Below are positions 49,645 through 60,789 of a stretch of DNA of 64,000 bases, one piece after another. A model generated the notes under the pieces. It saw only the letters and a program-made list of their open reading frames with translations, did no database searches and had not been told where the DNA came from. The position numbers were made by a program, and so were the translations under genes. This DNA is from an uncultured candidate division Zixibacteria bacterium. Lineage in GTDB: Bacteria > Zixibacteria > MSB-5A5 > RBG-16-43-9. Every line of letters starts with the position of its first letter. Position 1 is the stretch's first letter. The DNA lies in NCBI GenBank assembly GCA_963713865.1, contig OY970208.1, forward strand, positions 416,001 to 480,000, in the 5' to 3' direction.

Positions 49645-51303
49645 ATGGAATATAGACCGATAAAAGCACTCCGGGGAACAACTCTTTCATGCAAGGGCTG
49701 GCACCAGGAGGCAGCTTTGAGGATGCTCCAGAATAATTTGGATGAGGAGGTGGCAGAAAACCCTCAGGAGCTTATCATTTACGGGGGGAGTGGAAAAGCA
49801 GCTCGTAACTGGGAATGTTATTATGCCATTGTGGAAGCTTTAAAAAATTTAGAGAACGATGAAACTCTTTTAGTCCAATCTGGTAAGCCAGTGGGGATTT
49901 TCAAAACCCATTCTTATGCTCCCAGAGTTTTAATCTCCAACTCGATGATGGTTCCTGCCTGGGCTAACTGGGAGAAGTTCAGGGAATTGGAAAAACTGGG
50001 TTTGATTATGTTCGGACAGATGACTGCCGGCTCGTGGATTTATATCGGCACTCAGGGAATCTTGCAAGGGACTTATGAGACCTTTGCCTCAGTGGCAAAA
50101 AAGCATTTTACCGGAGACCTGAAAGGGAGATTCGTCCTGACTGGTGGAATGGGTGGTATGGGCGGGGCTCAACCCTTAGCAGTTACGATGAATGGTGGTG
50201 CGGTTCTCTGTGTGGAGGTGGATAAAAAAAGAATAGAAAGGAGACTTTCCAAAGGTTATTGCGATAAGATGGTAGAAAGCTTAGATGAAGCTCTGGATAT
50301 GATATTAAAAGCTAAAAATAAAGGAAAAGCCATCTCAGTTGGTTTGGTGGCTAACTGTGCTGACACTCATCCAGAGATTTTAAAAAGAGGGATAATCCCG
50401 GATATCGTAACTGATCAGACCAGCGCCCATGATGAGTTGAATGGATATGTCCCCGCAGGGATACCTTATGAAGAAGCTTTGAACTTAAGAAAAGAAAATC
50501 CGGAAGAATATATCAAAAGGTCGATGGAGTCTATTACTAAACATGTTGAAGCGATGTTAGGATTTTTAAAAGCTGGCTCAATAGTATTTGATTACGGAAA
50601 TAATATAAGGGGTCAGGCAAAAAAGGCAGGGGTTGAGAATGCCTTTGAATTCCCGGGTTTTGTTAGCGCTTATATCAGACCTCTATTCTGTCTGGGAAAG
50701 GGTCCTTTTAGATGGGCGGCTTTGTCTGGTGACCCGGAGGATATTAAAATCACGGATAAAATAGTTCTGCGGGAGTTCAAAGAGGATGAGCCTTTGTGCC
50801 GGTGGATAAAATTGGCTTCCAAAAAAGTCCAGTTCCAGGGACTGCCTGCAAGAATCTGCTGGCTGGGTTATGGCGAAAGAGCTCATTTCGGTGATATTAT
50901 CAACAGATTGGTCAAAAGAGGGAAGATAAAAGCCCCGGTTGTTATTGGCAGAGACCATCTGGACTGCGGGTCTGTGGCATCACCCTACAGGGAGACAGAG
51001 GGGATGAAAGACGGCTCAGATGCGATTGCAGACTGGCCTATTTTGAATGGGCTTTTAAATGCGGTTTCAGGAGCCTCCTGGGTCTCAGTTCACCACGGTG
51101 GTGGAGTAGGTATCGGGAACTCAATTCATGCCGGGATGGTGATAGTGGCAGACGGGTCAAAAGAGATGAAATTGAGGCTGGAAAGAGTCTTGACCAATGA
51201 TCCAGGCACAGGAGTTGCAAGACATGCGGATGCAGGCTATGAAGAAGCAATCAAAGTGGCAAAAGAAAAAGGGATAAAGATACCGATGTTGAAAGAGAAG
51301 TAA
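49645..51303 (+). CDS. hutU: Urocanate hydratase
   Basis: [44 protein letters not shown]. Confidence 0.97.
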   Translation: MEYRPIKALRGTTLSCKGWHQEAALRMLQNNLDEEVAENPQELIIYGGSGKAARNWECYYAIVEALKNLENDETLLVQSGKPVGIFKTHSYAPRVLISNSMMVPAWANWEKFRELEKLGLIMFGQMTAGSWIYIGTQGILQGTYETFASVAKKHFTGDLKGRFVLTGGMGGMGGAQPLAVTMNGGAVLCVEVDKKRIERRLSKGYCDKMVESLDEALDMILKAKNKGKAISVGLVANCADTHPEILKRGIIPDIVTDQTSAHDELNGYVPAGIPYEEALNLRKENPEEYIKRSMESITKHVEAMLGFLKAGSIVFDYGNNIRGQAKKAGVENAFEFPGFVSAYIRPLFCLGKGPFRWAALSGDPEDIKITDKIVLREFKEDEPLCRWIKLASKKVQFQGLPARICWLGYGERAHFGDIINRLVKRGKIKAPVVIGRDHLDCGSVASPYRETEGMKDGSDAIADWPILNGLLNAVSGASWVSVHHGGGVGIGNSIHAGMVIVADGSKEMKLRLERVLTNDPGTGVARHADAGYEEAIKVAKEKGIKIPMLKEK

Positions 51304-51439
51304 GAAGTGAGACGGAAGACGGGAGACGAGACTTTGTGCCCGCAAGGTCCCCTGACCTTGCGGGGAAACTAATCCTGTCGGGTCAGGGGACCCGAAAGGC
51401 ACCTATATGTAAGATGTGAGATGTGAGACGAAAAAGAAA

Positions 51440-52699
51440 ATGAAAAAAGTTACTCTTCTTATTAAAAACGCTAAACAACTTCTAACCCTCTCCTCTGATA
51501 AGAAAGGTCCCCGCAGGGGGAGGGAGATGGATGATCTGAGGTTGATTGAAGACGGGGCAATTGCTGTATCCGGCAAAAAGATAGTGGCAGTCGGAAAAAC
51601 CAAGGATGTTTTAACTCGGATTAAGACAGATAAAAAGACAAAAGTTATTAAAGCTGACGATAAAGTCGTTCTTCCCGGATTTGTGGACTGTCATACTCAC
51701 CCGGTTTTTGGTGCTACCCGAGAGGAGGAGTTTGAATTAAGAATAAAAGGTAAAACCTATGAGGAGATTGCCCGGGCTGGTGGTGGGATCAAGTCGAGCG
51801 TCAAGTCATTGAGGCAATTATCAAAAGAAGAATTAATAAAATTAACTCTACCCCGTTTAGATAGATTTTTATCCTATGGCACAACCACGATTGAGGCAAA
51901 ATCAGGTTACGGTCTTTCACTGAACGACGAGATTAAGATTTTAGAGGTGATTAAAAAGTTAAGCCAGATTCATCCAATAGATTTAGTTCCTACTTTTTTG
52001 GGGGCACATGAAATCCCGGATGAGTATAGAGAAAGAAGAGAGGAATATATTGATTTATTAGTCAAGCAGATGATTCCGGAGGTGGCTAAAAGGAAATTAG
52101 CTTACTTCTGTGATGTTTTCTGCGAAAAAGGAGTCTTTAGCCTGGACGAATCCAGAAAAATATTAGAAACAGCTAAAAATTATGGATTAAAGCCAAAGCT
52201 TCACGCAGATCAGTTGACTCCTTTTGGTGGGGCTGAATTATCCGCAGAAGTTGGTGCCGTCTCCGCTGACCATTTGGAATTTGTTTCTGATTCCGGGATT
52301 GACAGGATGAAAAAATCCGGAACAATCGCAGTCCTTTTACCTGGCTCGGTTTTCGGATTGGGTAAAGAAAATTACCCGCCGGCACGTAAAATGATTGAGA
52401 GGGGTTTGCCTGTAGCTTTAGCCACAGATTTCAATCCGGGCAGCTCTTTTACAGAATCTATGCCTGTTATCTTGAGCTTAGCCTGTTTGAGGATGAAGCT
52501 TACCCCGGCTGAAGGTATAACTGCGGCAACTATCAACTCCGCCTATGCCATAGATAGAGGAGATTCAATCGGCAGTTTAGAGTCAGGCAAGAAAGCAGAT
52601 ATAGTTATCTGGGATGTGAAAAATTACAAAGAGCTACCGTATCATTATGGAGTTAATTTAGTGGATAAGGTCATTAAAAACGGAGAAATTATCCGGTGA
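51440..52699 (+). CDS. hutI: Imidazolonepropionase
   Basis: PGFVDCHTH, EAKSGYGL, FLGAH, KLHADQ, ATDFNPG. Confidence 0.95.
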   Translation: MKKVTLLIKNAKQLLTLSSDKKGPRRGREMDDLRLIEDGAIAVSGKKIVAVGKTKDVLTRIKTDKKTKVIKADDKVVLPGFVDCHTHPVFGATREEEFELRIKGKTYEEIARAGGGIKSSVKSLRQLSKEELIKLTLPRLDRFLSYGTTTIEAKSGYGLSLNDEIKILEVIKKLSQIHPIDLVPTFLGAHEIPDEYRERREEYIDLLVKQMIPEVAKRKLAYFCDVFCEKGVFSLDESRKILETAKNYGLKPKLHADQLTPFGGAELSAEVGAVSADHLEFVSDSGIDRMKKSGTIAVLLPGSVFGLGKENYPPARKMIERGLPVALATDFNPGSSFTESMPVILSLACLRMKLTPAEGITAATINSAYAIDRGDSIGSLESGKKADIVIWDVKNYKELPYHYGVNLVDKVIKNGEIIR

Positions 52700-53226
52700 G
52701 AAAAAAAATTCGCTGTTCGCTATTCGCTACTGGCCATTTGAAATTCTTAACCCTGTTTGCTGTCTACTGTCTACTGTCTACTCTCTTAAGCTGTGGTCCT
52801 TACTCATTTACCGGCTCTGGTTTGCCCGGTATAAAAACCATTGCCATCCCTCTGTTTGAAAACCAGACCCAGGAATACGGCATAAGGGAGGAATTAACCG
52901 AGAAGATTGTCCAGGGATTCGTTCAGGATAATACTCTGAAAGTAGTAAATGAAAAGATTGCAGATTCAATTCTCAGGGGGACGATTTTAAAATACGAGAA
53001 AGTTGCCCACACCTTTGATGAAAAAGAGAATGTGAAAGAATATATAGTCAGGATTTTTGTAAAGGTGGTATTGGAGGATAAGAAACATAGCAAGAATATC
53101 TGGGAGGAGGAAAACCTTCAGGGCTGGGGGATTTATCCTGCAGATTCAACTGAGGTATATGGAAAGACTAAAGCGATTGATAAGTTGACTGAGGATATTG
53201 TGAACAGGACGGTTAAAGGGTGGTAG
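52696..53226 (+). CDS. LptE-family lipoprotein
   Basis: Lipobox LLSC followed by GPYSF; KTIAIPLFEN. Confidence 0.7.
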   Translation: MRKKIRCSLFATGHLKFLTLFAVYCLLSTLLSCGPYSFTGSGLPGIKTIAIPLFENQTQEYGIREELTEKIVQGFVQDNTLKVVNEKIADSILRGTILKYEKVAHTFDEKENVKEYIVRIFVKVVLEDKKHSKNIWEEENLQGWGIYPADSTEVYGKTKAIDKLTEDIVNRTVKGW

Positions 53227-53475
53227 GTGTTAGGTAATAGGTGATGGGTTGTTGGATATAGGGGAAAACTTAAAACATAATTTTGTCTTTCTAATTTTTA
53301 CCCACAAATTTTAGGCGTGTTAGTTAAATCAGCTTAGCACAGTATTTTCCATTTATTTTTTCTAATCTTGGCACCTAAACTTTAGCTAAAGTTGTCCGAT
53401 AATTTAAACAGATTGAAGTAATAAAACCGCGCATAGGCCGGTTTTTCAAAGTCTTTCGTTGTTAGGGGGGCAGGA

Positions 53476-53739
53476 ATGAAAGACGAGTATAAGCCTAAAG
53501 AAGAGTACAATTCTCGCCTGGTAACTTCATTCAGGTCGTTTTCCCAATTCATCGATATTTTTGTAGTCCTGGTGGGCGGAGCGGTGCTCATCGGCTGGAT
53601 GTTTGACGTCTCAATTTTGAAAAGCATCCATCCCCACTTAGTGGCGATGAAAGCCAGCTTCGCGCTTTGCTTCGTGTTGATTGGTGTCACTGTGGCTATT
53701 CCGCGCGGAAAAACCACAATCCATAGTTCAAAAACGTAA
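53476..53739 (+). pseudogene. Truncated N-terminal membrane sensor fragment of a histidine kinase
   Basis: VLIGWMFDV..LKSI.P.LVAMKA..ALCFVLIG then frame lost; a 1-nt difference vs the copy at 57096 shifts the tail. Confidence 0.55.
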
Positions 53740-53771
53740 GCGTAATATCGCGGGGGTATGCGCATGTCTTT

Positions 53772-55157
53772 ATGATTTTGAACGATAAGGTTGGAGGAAA
53801 AGAAATGAATAGTACGGAAAAGACCAAAGACAAAACAGTGGGAGAAAAGGAAAAACTGTTACGAATCCAGGTGGTGGAGCCGGATAATTCGGAATTCAAG
53901 CGCAAGGAAGCAGAAAAGAGACTGCGCGGGAAGAAGGTTAAGGACGTGCAGAAACTATCAGCTAAAGAAGTCCAGCGCAGGCGAGCGGAGGAGGTGCTGA
54001 GCGCTTCGGAGGTCCGGTATCGTCGGCTCTTTGAGACAGCTAAAGACGGAATTTTGATACTCGATGCCGAGACCGGGATGATCGTAGATGTGAATCCGTA
54101 CTTGATTGAGATGTTGGGTTTCTCGCACGAACAGTTAACGGGAAAGGAAATCTGGGAAATAGGGCTTTTCAAGGATATCGCCTCCAACAAAGCCAACTTC
54201 ATGGAATTACAAAGGCAGGGATATGTCCGCTATGAGGATTTGCCGCTGGAAACCGTCGATGGGCGGCGGATCGAGGTGGAGTTCGTCAGCAACGTTTATA
54301 CAGTGAACCACCAGAAGGTGATCCAGTGCAACATCCGCGACATTACCGACCGCATACGGGCGCAAGATAAGTTGAAGAAAGCTCTTCTTGATTTAGAACG
54401 CTCCAATAAAGAACTGGAGGTATTCAGTTATTCTGTTTCCCACGACCTGCGCGCTCCATTAAGGAGTATAAATGGCTTCAGTGAAGCTTTGCTTGAAGAG
54501 TATGCGGATAAGTTAGACATGCAAGGTAAGGATTTTCTTCAACGAGTATGCGCGGCAAGCCGGCATATGGGAGAGCTGATTGAGGGGTTGTTGAATCTCT
54601 CGCGAGTGGCACGCGCACCGCTACGTCAACAGGCAATGGATCTTAGCGCCATGGCACGCTCAATTGCGAATGAACTTCGCCAAAGACAACCCGAGCGCCA
54701 GGTGGAGTTTGTTATTGCTGAGGGGGTGATGGGGAATAGTGATCTCCACTTACTTGAGATAGTGTTAGAGAATCTTTTAAGCAATGCCTGGAAGTTTACC
54801 GAGAAACACCCCCGCGCCAGAATAGAATTTGGAGTTATGCAGAAAGAAGACGAAACTGTCTATTTCGTGCGAGATGACGGCGCGGGTTTTGATATGGCTT
54901 ACGTGGACAAGCTTTTCGGCGCATTCCAGCGTCTGCATACCAAGAATGATTTTGAGGGCACTGGAATTGGCTTAGCTACGGTGCAACGTATTATTCATCG
55001 CCATGGAGGGCGAGTCTGGGCGGAAGGAGGCGTAGAAAAAGGAGCAACTTTTTACTTTACCTTACCAAAAGTCAATGCGGCGGTTGTAGAGGAAACCCTA
55101 AACAAAGAAGGGATAAATGAAGAAGAAATTTGTCTTATTGGTGGAGGACAACAGTGA
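53772..55157 (+). CDS. PAS sensor histidine kinase
   Basis: PAS (YRRLFETAKDGILILD), FSYSVSHDLRAP, NAWKF, DDGAGF, GTGIGL. Confidence 0.92.
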   Translation: MILNDKVGGKEMNSTEKTKDKTVGEKEKLLRIQVVEPDNSEFKRKEAEKRLRGKKVKDVQKLSAKEVQRRRAEEVLSASEVRYRRLFETAKDGILILDAETGMIVDVNPYLIEMLGFSHEQLTGKEIWEIGLFKDIASNKANFMELQRQGYVRYEDLPLETVDGRRIEVEFVSNVYTVNHQKVIQCNIRDITDRIRAQDKLKKALLDLERSNKELEVFSYSVSHDLRAPLRSINGFSEALLEEYADKLDMQGKDFLQRVCAASRHMGELIEGLLNLSRVARAPLRQQAMDLSAMARSIANELRQRQPERQVEFVIAEGVMGNSDLHLLEIVLENLLSNAWKFTEKHPRARIEFGVMQKEDETVYFVRDDGAGFDMAYVDKLFGAFQRLHTKNDFEGTGIGLATVQRIIHRHGGRVWAEGGVEKGATFYFTLPKVNAAVVEETLNKEGINEEEICLIGGGQQ

Positions 55158-55569
55158 CGACGTGGAGCTAACTCTACGTTCGTTTAAGAAGAACAAATTA
55201 ATCAACGAGGTGGTGGTGGTACGGGATGGGGCGGAGGCATTGGATTTTCTCTTTGGCACAGGTAAATATGCCGATCGTGATTTGAGCATTACGCCTCAGC
55301 TTATTCTCTTAGATTTGAAACTGCCCAAAGTCGATGGCTTAGAGGTGCTCAAGCGTCTGCGCTCCGACGAACGGACTAAGCTTACTCCAGTAACCATTCT
55401 TACCTCATCCAAAGAGGAACAAGACGTGGTAAATGGATACAAGTGGGGCGCCAACAGTTACATCCGAAAACCGGTGGACTTTGAAAAATTCTCCGAAGCC
55501 ATACGGCAGTTGGGGTTGTATTGGCTGGTTTTAAACGAGTCCGTGCCTGAGAATGTGTTGTTTCATTAA
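55117..55569 (+). CDS. Single-domain response regulator
   Basis: LLVEDN, LILLDLKLPKVDG, ANSYIRKP. Confidence 0.92.
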   Translation: MKKKFVLLVEDNSDDVELTLRSFKKNKLINEVVVVRDGAEALDFLFGTGKYADRDLSITPQLILLDLKLPKVDGLEVLKRLRSDERTKLTPVTILTSSKEEQDVVNGYKWGANSYIRKPVDFEKFSEAIRQLGLYWLVLNESVPENVLFH

Positions 55570-55662
55570 GGGGATTAGGGGCTTGGGACTAGAGGATAGT
55601 GATTTTACCCACCAGCCCCAACTTTTTTACCCACGGGTTGGGTGAAAAGGAAGGAGTAAACA

Positions 55663-56793
55663 GTGAGCAAACCGCTTCGGGTTTTGATAGTTGAAGATTC
55701 AGAGGATGACGCCCAACTGATTTTGCACGAGCTCAAATGCGGTGGCTTTGAGCCCAACTTTGAACGGGTGGATACACCCGAGGCAATGCAGACGGTGCTG
55801 GACAAACAGGCATGGGACATTATCCTGTCTGACTATGTAATGCCCCGCTTTAGTGGGCTGGAGGCACTGAAAATAGTTAAAGAGAAGGGGTTAGATCTGC
55901 CGTTCATTATTATATCTGGCAAAATTGGCGAGGATGTCGCGGTTGGGGCTATGAAAGCCGGGGCGCATGATTATCTAATGAAAGGCAATCTCAAAAGATT
56001 ATCTGCCGTAGTAGAGCGGGAGTTAAGAGAGGCACAAGTGAGAGCGGCGCACCGGAATGCAGAAGAACAATTACAGATGACTGAAAGGCTTCGCTTGTTG
56101 GGTGAGATGGCCGCTTCTATTATGCACGACCTTAAAAACCCAATGCAGATTGTATTAGGTACTGCTGAAATCTTGGACACGGATAATTTAGCACCCTCCC
56201 GACGCTCGAAACACTGCCAGATGATTGTTCAGCAGGTCAAGCGTATGGTCAGCTTGACCCAAGATATTCTAGATTTTGCCAAAGATCAATTGCAGATAAC
56301 TCCCCAGCCAGTGAACATAGAGGAGTTCTGCCAGGAGTTAGTTAACGACTACCAAAGCACTCTTCCAGCATCAGGGATTAATGTTACTTATGTTCATCAA
56401 TTGCAGAAGGATGGTTCACCTCTTGTCTTTTTGGATGCGGAGAGAATCAGGCGAGTTTTGGTCAACCTGATAGACAATGCTAAAGATGCTATGCCCAAGG
56501 GAGGGGAAATCAAACTCACCTCTGGGCTGAGTAAACAAGCCCTATATCTGAAAGTTGAAGATACTGGTATGGGGATACCAGAGAAGATCAGGGATTCAAT
56601 TTTCAAAGCCTTTGTCACTTATGGGAAGTGTAAAGGAACAGGACTGGGTTTATCCGTGGTGCAAAAAATTGTGGAGGCACATAAGGGCTGGATTACTTTT
56701 ACTTCAACTCCCGGGGCCGGGACTACATTCACAGTAACGCTCCCTCAATCGATCATAAAGGAAAGGGAGCCAAGCTTAATTCAGAGTGGTTAA
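55663..56793 (+). CDS. Hybrid receiver-histidine kinase
   Basis: REC (VLIVEDS, ILSDYVMP), HDLKNP, NAKDA, DTGMG, GTGLGL. Confidence 0.92.
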   Translation: MSKPLRVLIVEDSEDDAQLILHELKCGGFEPNFERVDTPEAMQTVLDKQAWDIILSDYVMPRFSGLEALKIVKEKGLDLPFIIISGKIGEDVAVGAMKAGAHDYLMKGNLKRLSAVVERELREAQVRAAHRNAEEQLQMTERLRLLGEMAASIMHDLKNPMQIVLGTAEILDTDNLAPSRRSKHCQMIVQQVKRMVSLTQDILDFAKDQLQITPQPVNIEEFCQELVNDYQSTLPASGINVTYVHQLQKDGSPLVFLDAERIRRVLVNLIDNAKDAMPKGGEIKLTSGLSKQALYLKVEDTGMGIPEKIRDSIFKAFVTYGKCKGTGLGLSVVQKIVEAHKGWITFTSTPGAGTTFTVTLPQSIIKEREPSLIQSG

Positions 56794-56809
56794 AAAAAGG
56801 GAGGGTTAA

Positions 56810-57241
56810 ATAGCTAAGCCACTAAAGGTTTTAATTGTAGAAGATTCAGAGGATGATACTCAACTGATTTTGCGCGAGCTCAAACGTGGCGGTTACGAAC
56901 CTGTGTTTGAGCGGGTGAATAATCCTGCGGCCCTGAGTGCCGCGCTGGAAAAAAAGGAGTGGGACGTTGTCTTGAGTGATTACGTTATGCCCCAGCTCAG
57001 TGGGCTGGATGCTCTGGGGCTATTAAAAAAGAAGGGGCTGGATCCTCCGTTCATCGTTATTTCGGGTAAAGTCGGTGAGGATACCGCAGTCGAAACGATG
57101 AAAGCCAGCTCCGCGCTTTGTTTCGTGTTGATTGGCGTGCCACTGTGGCAATTCCGTGCGGAAAAACCACAACCCACAGTTCAAAAACGTAAGCATAATA
57201 TCGCGGGGGTATGCACATTCATTTATGATTTTGAACGATAA
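56810..57241 (+). pseudogene. Chimeric pseudogene: REC fragment fused to sensor-membrane fragment
   Basis: ATA in place of start codon after RBS; paralog of 55663 up to MKA, then switches to sequence repeated from 53645. Confidence 0.65.
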
Positions 57242-57259
57242 GGTTGGAGGAGGCGCTAA

Positions 57260-59590
57260 ATGAATCTCAATAAACCACTTCAAAACATTCGATTAGGCTG
57301 GTCGCCTTTTGTTGTAATTGCCATAACAACACTTGCCAGCATCGCCGTAAGCATCTATTGTCTTGTCTCCGGCGGGGTTATCATTTTCCAGAATCTCTTT
57401 TATATTCCTATTATCATTGCCTGTGTGTATTACACGAAGAAAGGTTTTGCTTTTTCTGTCGTCCTTTCATCTATTTATCTTTTCCTCATCATTGCTTTTA
57501 CAAGAGATTCAGCAGTTATCATACAGGCTTTGGTAAGAATCCTCATATTCGTGGTTATCGCAGGGGTTACCACGTTCTTGTCAATAAAACGCAAGCATAT
57601 GGAAGAGGCGCTGCAACAGGCACACGATGAACTGGAAAATCGTGTGGCGGAGCGGACGGAGGAGTTGCGGCAGGCCAATGAGGAGCTACGGACGGATATC
57701 ACCGACCGCAAGCGAGCGGAGGAGGCGTTGAGCGCTTCGGAGGTCCGGTATCGCCGGCTTTTTGAAACAGCGAAAGACGGAATTTTGATACTCGATGCCG
57801 AGACCGGGACGATCGTAGATGTGAATCCGTTTTTGATCAAGATGTTGGGTTTCTCGCACGAACAGTTCCTGGGAAAGACGATCTGGGAAATAGGGGTTTT
57901 CAAGGATGTCGCCTCCAACAAAGCTAACTTCATGGAATTACAACGGCAGGAATACGTCCGCTATGAGGATTTGCCGCTGGAAACCGCCGAGGGGCGGCGG
58001 ATCGAGGTGGAGTTCGTCAGCAACGTCTATGAAGTGAACAACCAGAATGTGATCCAGTGTAATATCCGGGACATCACCGAGCGCAGGAGGGCGGAGGAGA
58101 TACTGAAAGTTTCCGAAACTCGTTACCGCCGGCTCTTTGAAACAGCTCAAGATGGGATATTGATTCTGGGTGCAAAAACCGGACAGATAACCGATGTTAA
58201 CCCGTTTCTAATAGATATGCTGGGCTATTCTCATCAGGAGTTTGTCGGGAAAAAGCTCTGGGATATCGGTGTTTTCAAAGATAGGGTGATGAGTAAAAAA
58301 GCGTTTTGGGAATTGCAGACGAAAGGGTTTATCCGCTATGAAGATCTGCCGCTGGAGACTAAAGACGGACAGCACATCGAGGTGGAGTTTGTCAGCAACG
58401 TCTACCAGATTAACGGAGAGGAAGTGATCCAATGCAATGTCCGCAACATCACCAATCGCAAACGCTTTGAAGCAGTCAAGGACGATTTCGTCAGCATGGT
58501 TTCTCACGAGCTCCGGACCCCTTTAACTTCCATAAGGGAGGCGGTCTCACAAACTTTAGACGGGATATTAGGCGAAGTTTCGGAGCAACAGAGAGAGATC
58601 TTAGCTATGGCACTTTCCGATATTGACCGGCTCACCCGGCTGATTAATGACCTTTTAGATGTATCTAAGATCGATGCGGGCAAGATGAAGATGAAAATAG
58701 AAGTGTGCGAGATGGTGGCTTTAGTTAAAAAGCTTATTTCATCTTTTATCCCGCAGGTAAAAGCCAAAGGGTTGGAGATGGAAGGGAGTTTCTCCAAAGA
58801 GAAAATAAAAGCCTATGTGGATAGAGATCGAATCACCCAGGTGTTTTCCAACTTAATTGGTAATGCAGTTAAATTTACACAGAAGGGTCGAATACAGGTT
58901 TCGCTATTGGACAGAGAAGATGCCATAGAGTGCTCTGTTTCTGATACGGGACCGGGAATCGCCAAGAAGGACTTTGCCCAGTTATTTGACAAGTTTCAAC
59001 AATTCGGCCACCAGGTAAATGGAGAAGAAAAAGGCACAGGCTTGGGCCTGGCTGTTTCTAAGGGTATTGTGGAATTGCACAAAGGGAGAATCTGGGTAGA
59101 AAGTCAGGTTAATGCAGGAACTAAATTTACCTTTGCGCTGCCTAAATTTACCGGGAAAGAATTAATAAGCGATGGATTGAAAAAGGCAATTAAGGAGGGT
59201 CAGCCTTTATCTGTTTTGATTTTCAATATCAAGAACCCTGACGCAATCCAGAAAAAGATGGGCCAAGAGAAAGTTGGGCTGCTTATCAATAATTTTTGGG
59301 AATTGATAAAAGAGAACCTCCGCCGGGATGAAGACGATCTGGGCATTCAAGATCTACACACCATTTTAACCATACTGCCCGGAACGGAAAAAGAAAGTGC
59401 CGCATCGGCATTGGAAAGGATGAACGATTTGCTGCGGGATTATTTGCTTCGAGAAGGGATAAAGGAAGAAATAGAACTGGTTTGTGAAAACAGAGCCTAT
59501 CCGGATGATGGGAAAACAGAGGAGGAATTGCTTTCCAGGCTTGAGAATATACTGGCAACCAAAGGAGAGGTAGAGGTGTCAAGTAAATAA
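57260..59590 (+). CDS. Membrane histidine kinase with two PAS domains and degenerate C-terminal GGDEF-like domain
   Basis: 4 TM, 2x YRRLFETA.DGILIL, SHELRTP, NAVKF, GTGLGL, YPDDG without a GGDEF motif. Confidence 0.9.
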   Translation: MNLNKPLQNIRLGWSPFVVIAITTLASIAVSIYCLVSGGVIIFQNLFYIPIIIACVYYTKKGFAFSVVLSSIYLFLIIAFTRDSAVIIQALVRILIFVVIAGVTTFLSIKRKHMEEALQQAHDELENRVAERTEELRQANEELRTDITDRKRAEEALSASEVRYRRLFETAKDGILILDAETGTIVDVNPFLIKMLGFSHEQFLGKTIWEIGVFKDVASNKANFMELQRQEYVRYEDLPLETAEGRRIEVEFVSNVYEVNNQNVIQCNIRDITERRRAEEILKVSETRYRRLFETAQDGILILGAKTGQITDVNPFLIDMLGYSHQEFVGKKLWDIGVFKDRVMSKKAFWELQTKGFIRYEDLPLETKDGQHIEVEFVSNVYQINGEEVIQCNVRNITNRKRFEAVKDDFVSMVSHELRTPLTSIREAVSQTLDGILGEVSEQQREILAMALSDIDRLTRLINDLLDVSKIDAGKMKMKIEVCEMVALVKKLISSFIPQVKAKGLEMEGSFSKEKIKAYVDRDRITQVFSNLIGNAVKFTQKGRIQVSLLDREDAIECSVSDTGPGIAKKDFAQLFDKFQQFGHQVNGEEKGTGLGLAVSKGIVELHKGRIWVESQVNAGTKFTFALPKFTGKELISDGLKKAIKEGQPLSVLIFNIKNPDAIQKKMGQEKVGLLINNFWELIKENLRRDEDDLGIQDLHTILTILPGTEKESAASALERMNDLLRDYLLREGIKEEIELVCENRAYPDDGKTEEELLSRLENILATKGEVEVSSK

Positions 59591-59605
59591 AAAGGAGCAG
59601 TAGTT

Positions 59606-60367
59606 ATGGCAAGGAAAATATTAATCGCGGATGATGATCAGCACATCGTGTCGTTGCTCTCCTCCAGGCTAAAGGCACATCACTATGAGGTGATAGCGGC
59701 TTATGACGCCATGCAGACCCTGCATCAGGCTCATAAAGAGAAACCGGATCTTATTATTTTAGATATCAGGATGCCCGCTGGCAGCGGCATAAGCGTCTTA
59801 GACAATTTAAAAATGTCCGTTGATACTTCCAACACCTCGATAATAGTCATGACTGCTTATCCCAGCGAGGAGATGAAGCAGAGGGCTTTAGAGAAGGGTG
59901 CGGTAGATTTTATCGCCAAGCCGTTTAAACCCGAGGAAGTTTTGCAAAAAGTCAGGAAAGCCCTGGGCGAAGTAAGTCTGGAAGAAGAGAGGCACCCCGG
60001 AGCCAAGAAGATCCTGGTAGTGGATGACAATCCTAACATCGTAAAATTGTTAGAGTACAGATTAAAGGCTAATAAATATGAGGTGATTACTGCGCATGAT
60101 GGTGAGGAAGCTCTGGAGAGGGTTCGTCAGGAGAAGCCCGGGTTAATACTCCTGGATGTGGTAATTCCCAAGCTCGATGGCTATCAGGTCTTAAGCATCC
60201 TTAAAGCGGATGAGCAGTACAAAGATATTCCCATAGTAATGTTAACTGCCAAGGGGCAAATAAAGGACATGAAAAAAGGATTGGAATTGGGAGCGGATTC
60301 CTACATAACCAAGCCATTTGACCCGGATGTGCTGTTGGAAATTATAAAAGGGACAACCGGTGGATAA
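59606..60367 (+). CDS. Response regulator with two receiver domains
   Basis: KILIADDD..LDIRMP..KP and KILVVDDN..LDVVIP..KP. Confidence 0.92.
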   Translation: MARKILIADDDQHIVSLLSSRLKAHHYEVIAAYDAMQTLHQAHKEKPDLIILDIRMPAGSGISVLDNLKMSVDTSNTSIIVMTAYPSEEMKQRALEKGAVDFIAKPFKPEEVLQKVRKALGEVSLEEERHPGAKKILVVDDNPNIVKLLEYRLKANKYEVITAHDGEEALERVRQEKPGLILLDVVIPKLDGYQVLSILKADEQYKDIPIVMLTAKGQIKDMKKGLELGADSYITKPFDPDVLLEIIKGTTGG

Positions 60368-60789
60368 GAGACATTAGACACCATATATAACCTTTTCTTT
60401 TCTACTATGCTTCGGCAATAGGAATCATCCAAACAGAAAACCATAATCGTTTTATACTTTAATCCCTTTCCCCCTTGACCATCTTTATGCAGAAAGGGGA
60501 TTTTTTTATCCCCTTTAACGGAAGGGGTTAGAGAAAGGTAACAAGAACAATCCTTCTTTCTATTCTTGACGTATTTATCAGATGAAGATTCAATTATGAT
60601 TCTTATAGGAACTGAGGTGGATTCAGCTTTCACAGGTAGTCTTGACTTTCAGGGAGATGTTTTATTATAAATACGGATAAGGCGTAGGATGGAAAAAGAG
60701 CGAACCTTCAACCATTTTACAAAAATTATTGACAATTCAAACGAAGTGTAGTAAATTCTGTTAAAGATAGATTTTAAAGTGAGGATAAA

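Noticed and set aside
41885-55600. Short heptamer-like tandem runs (about 41890, 51305, 52710-52780, 53225, 55570)
   Set aside because: Only 3-5 degenerate units each, with no structure I can tie to a function.
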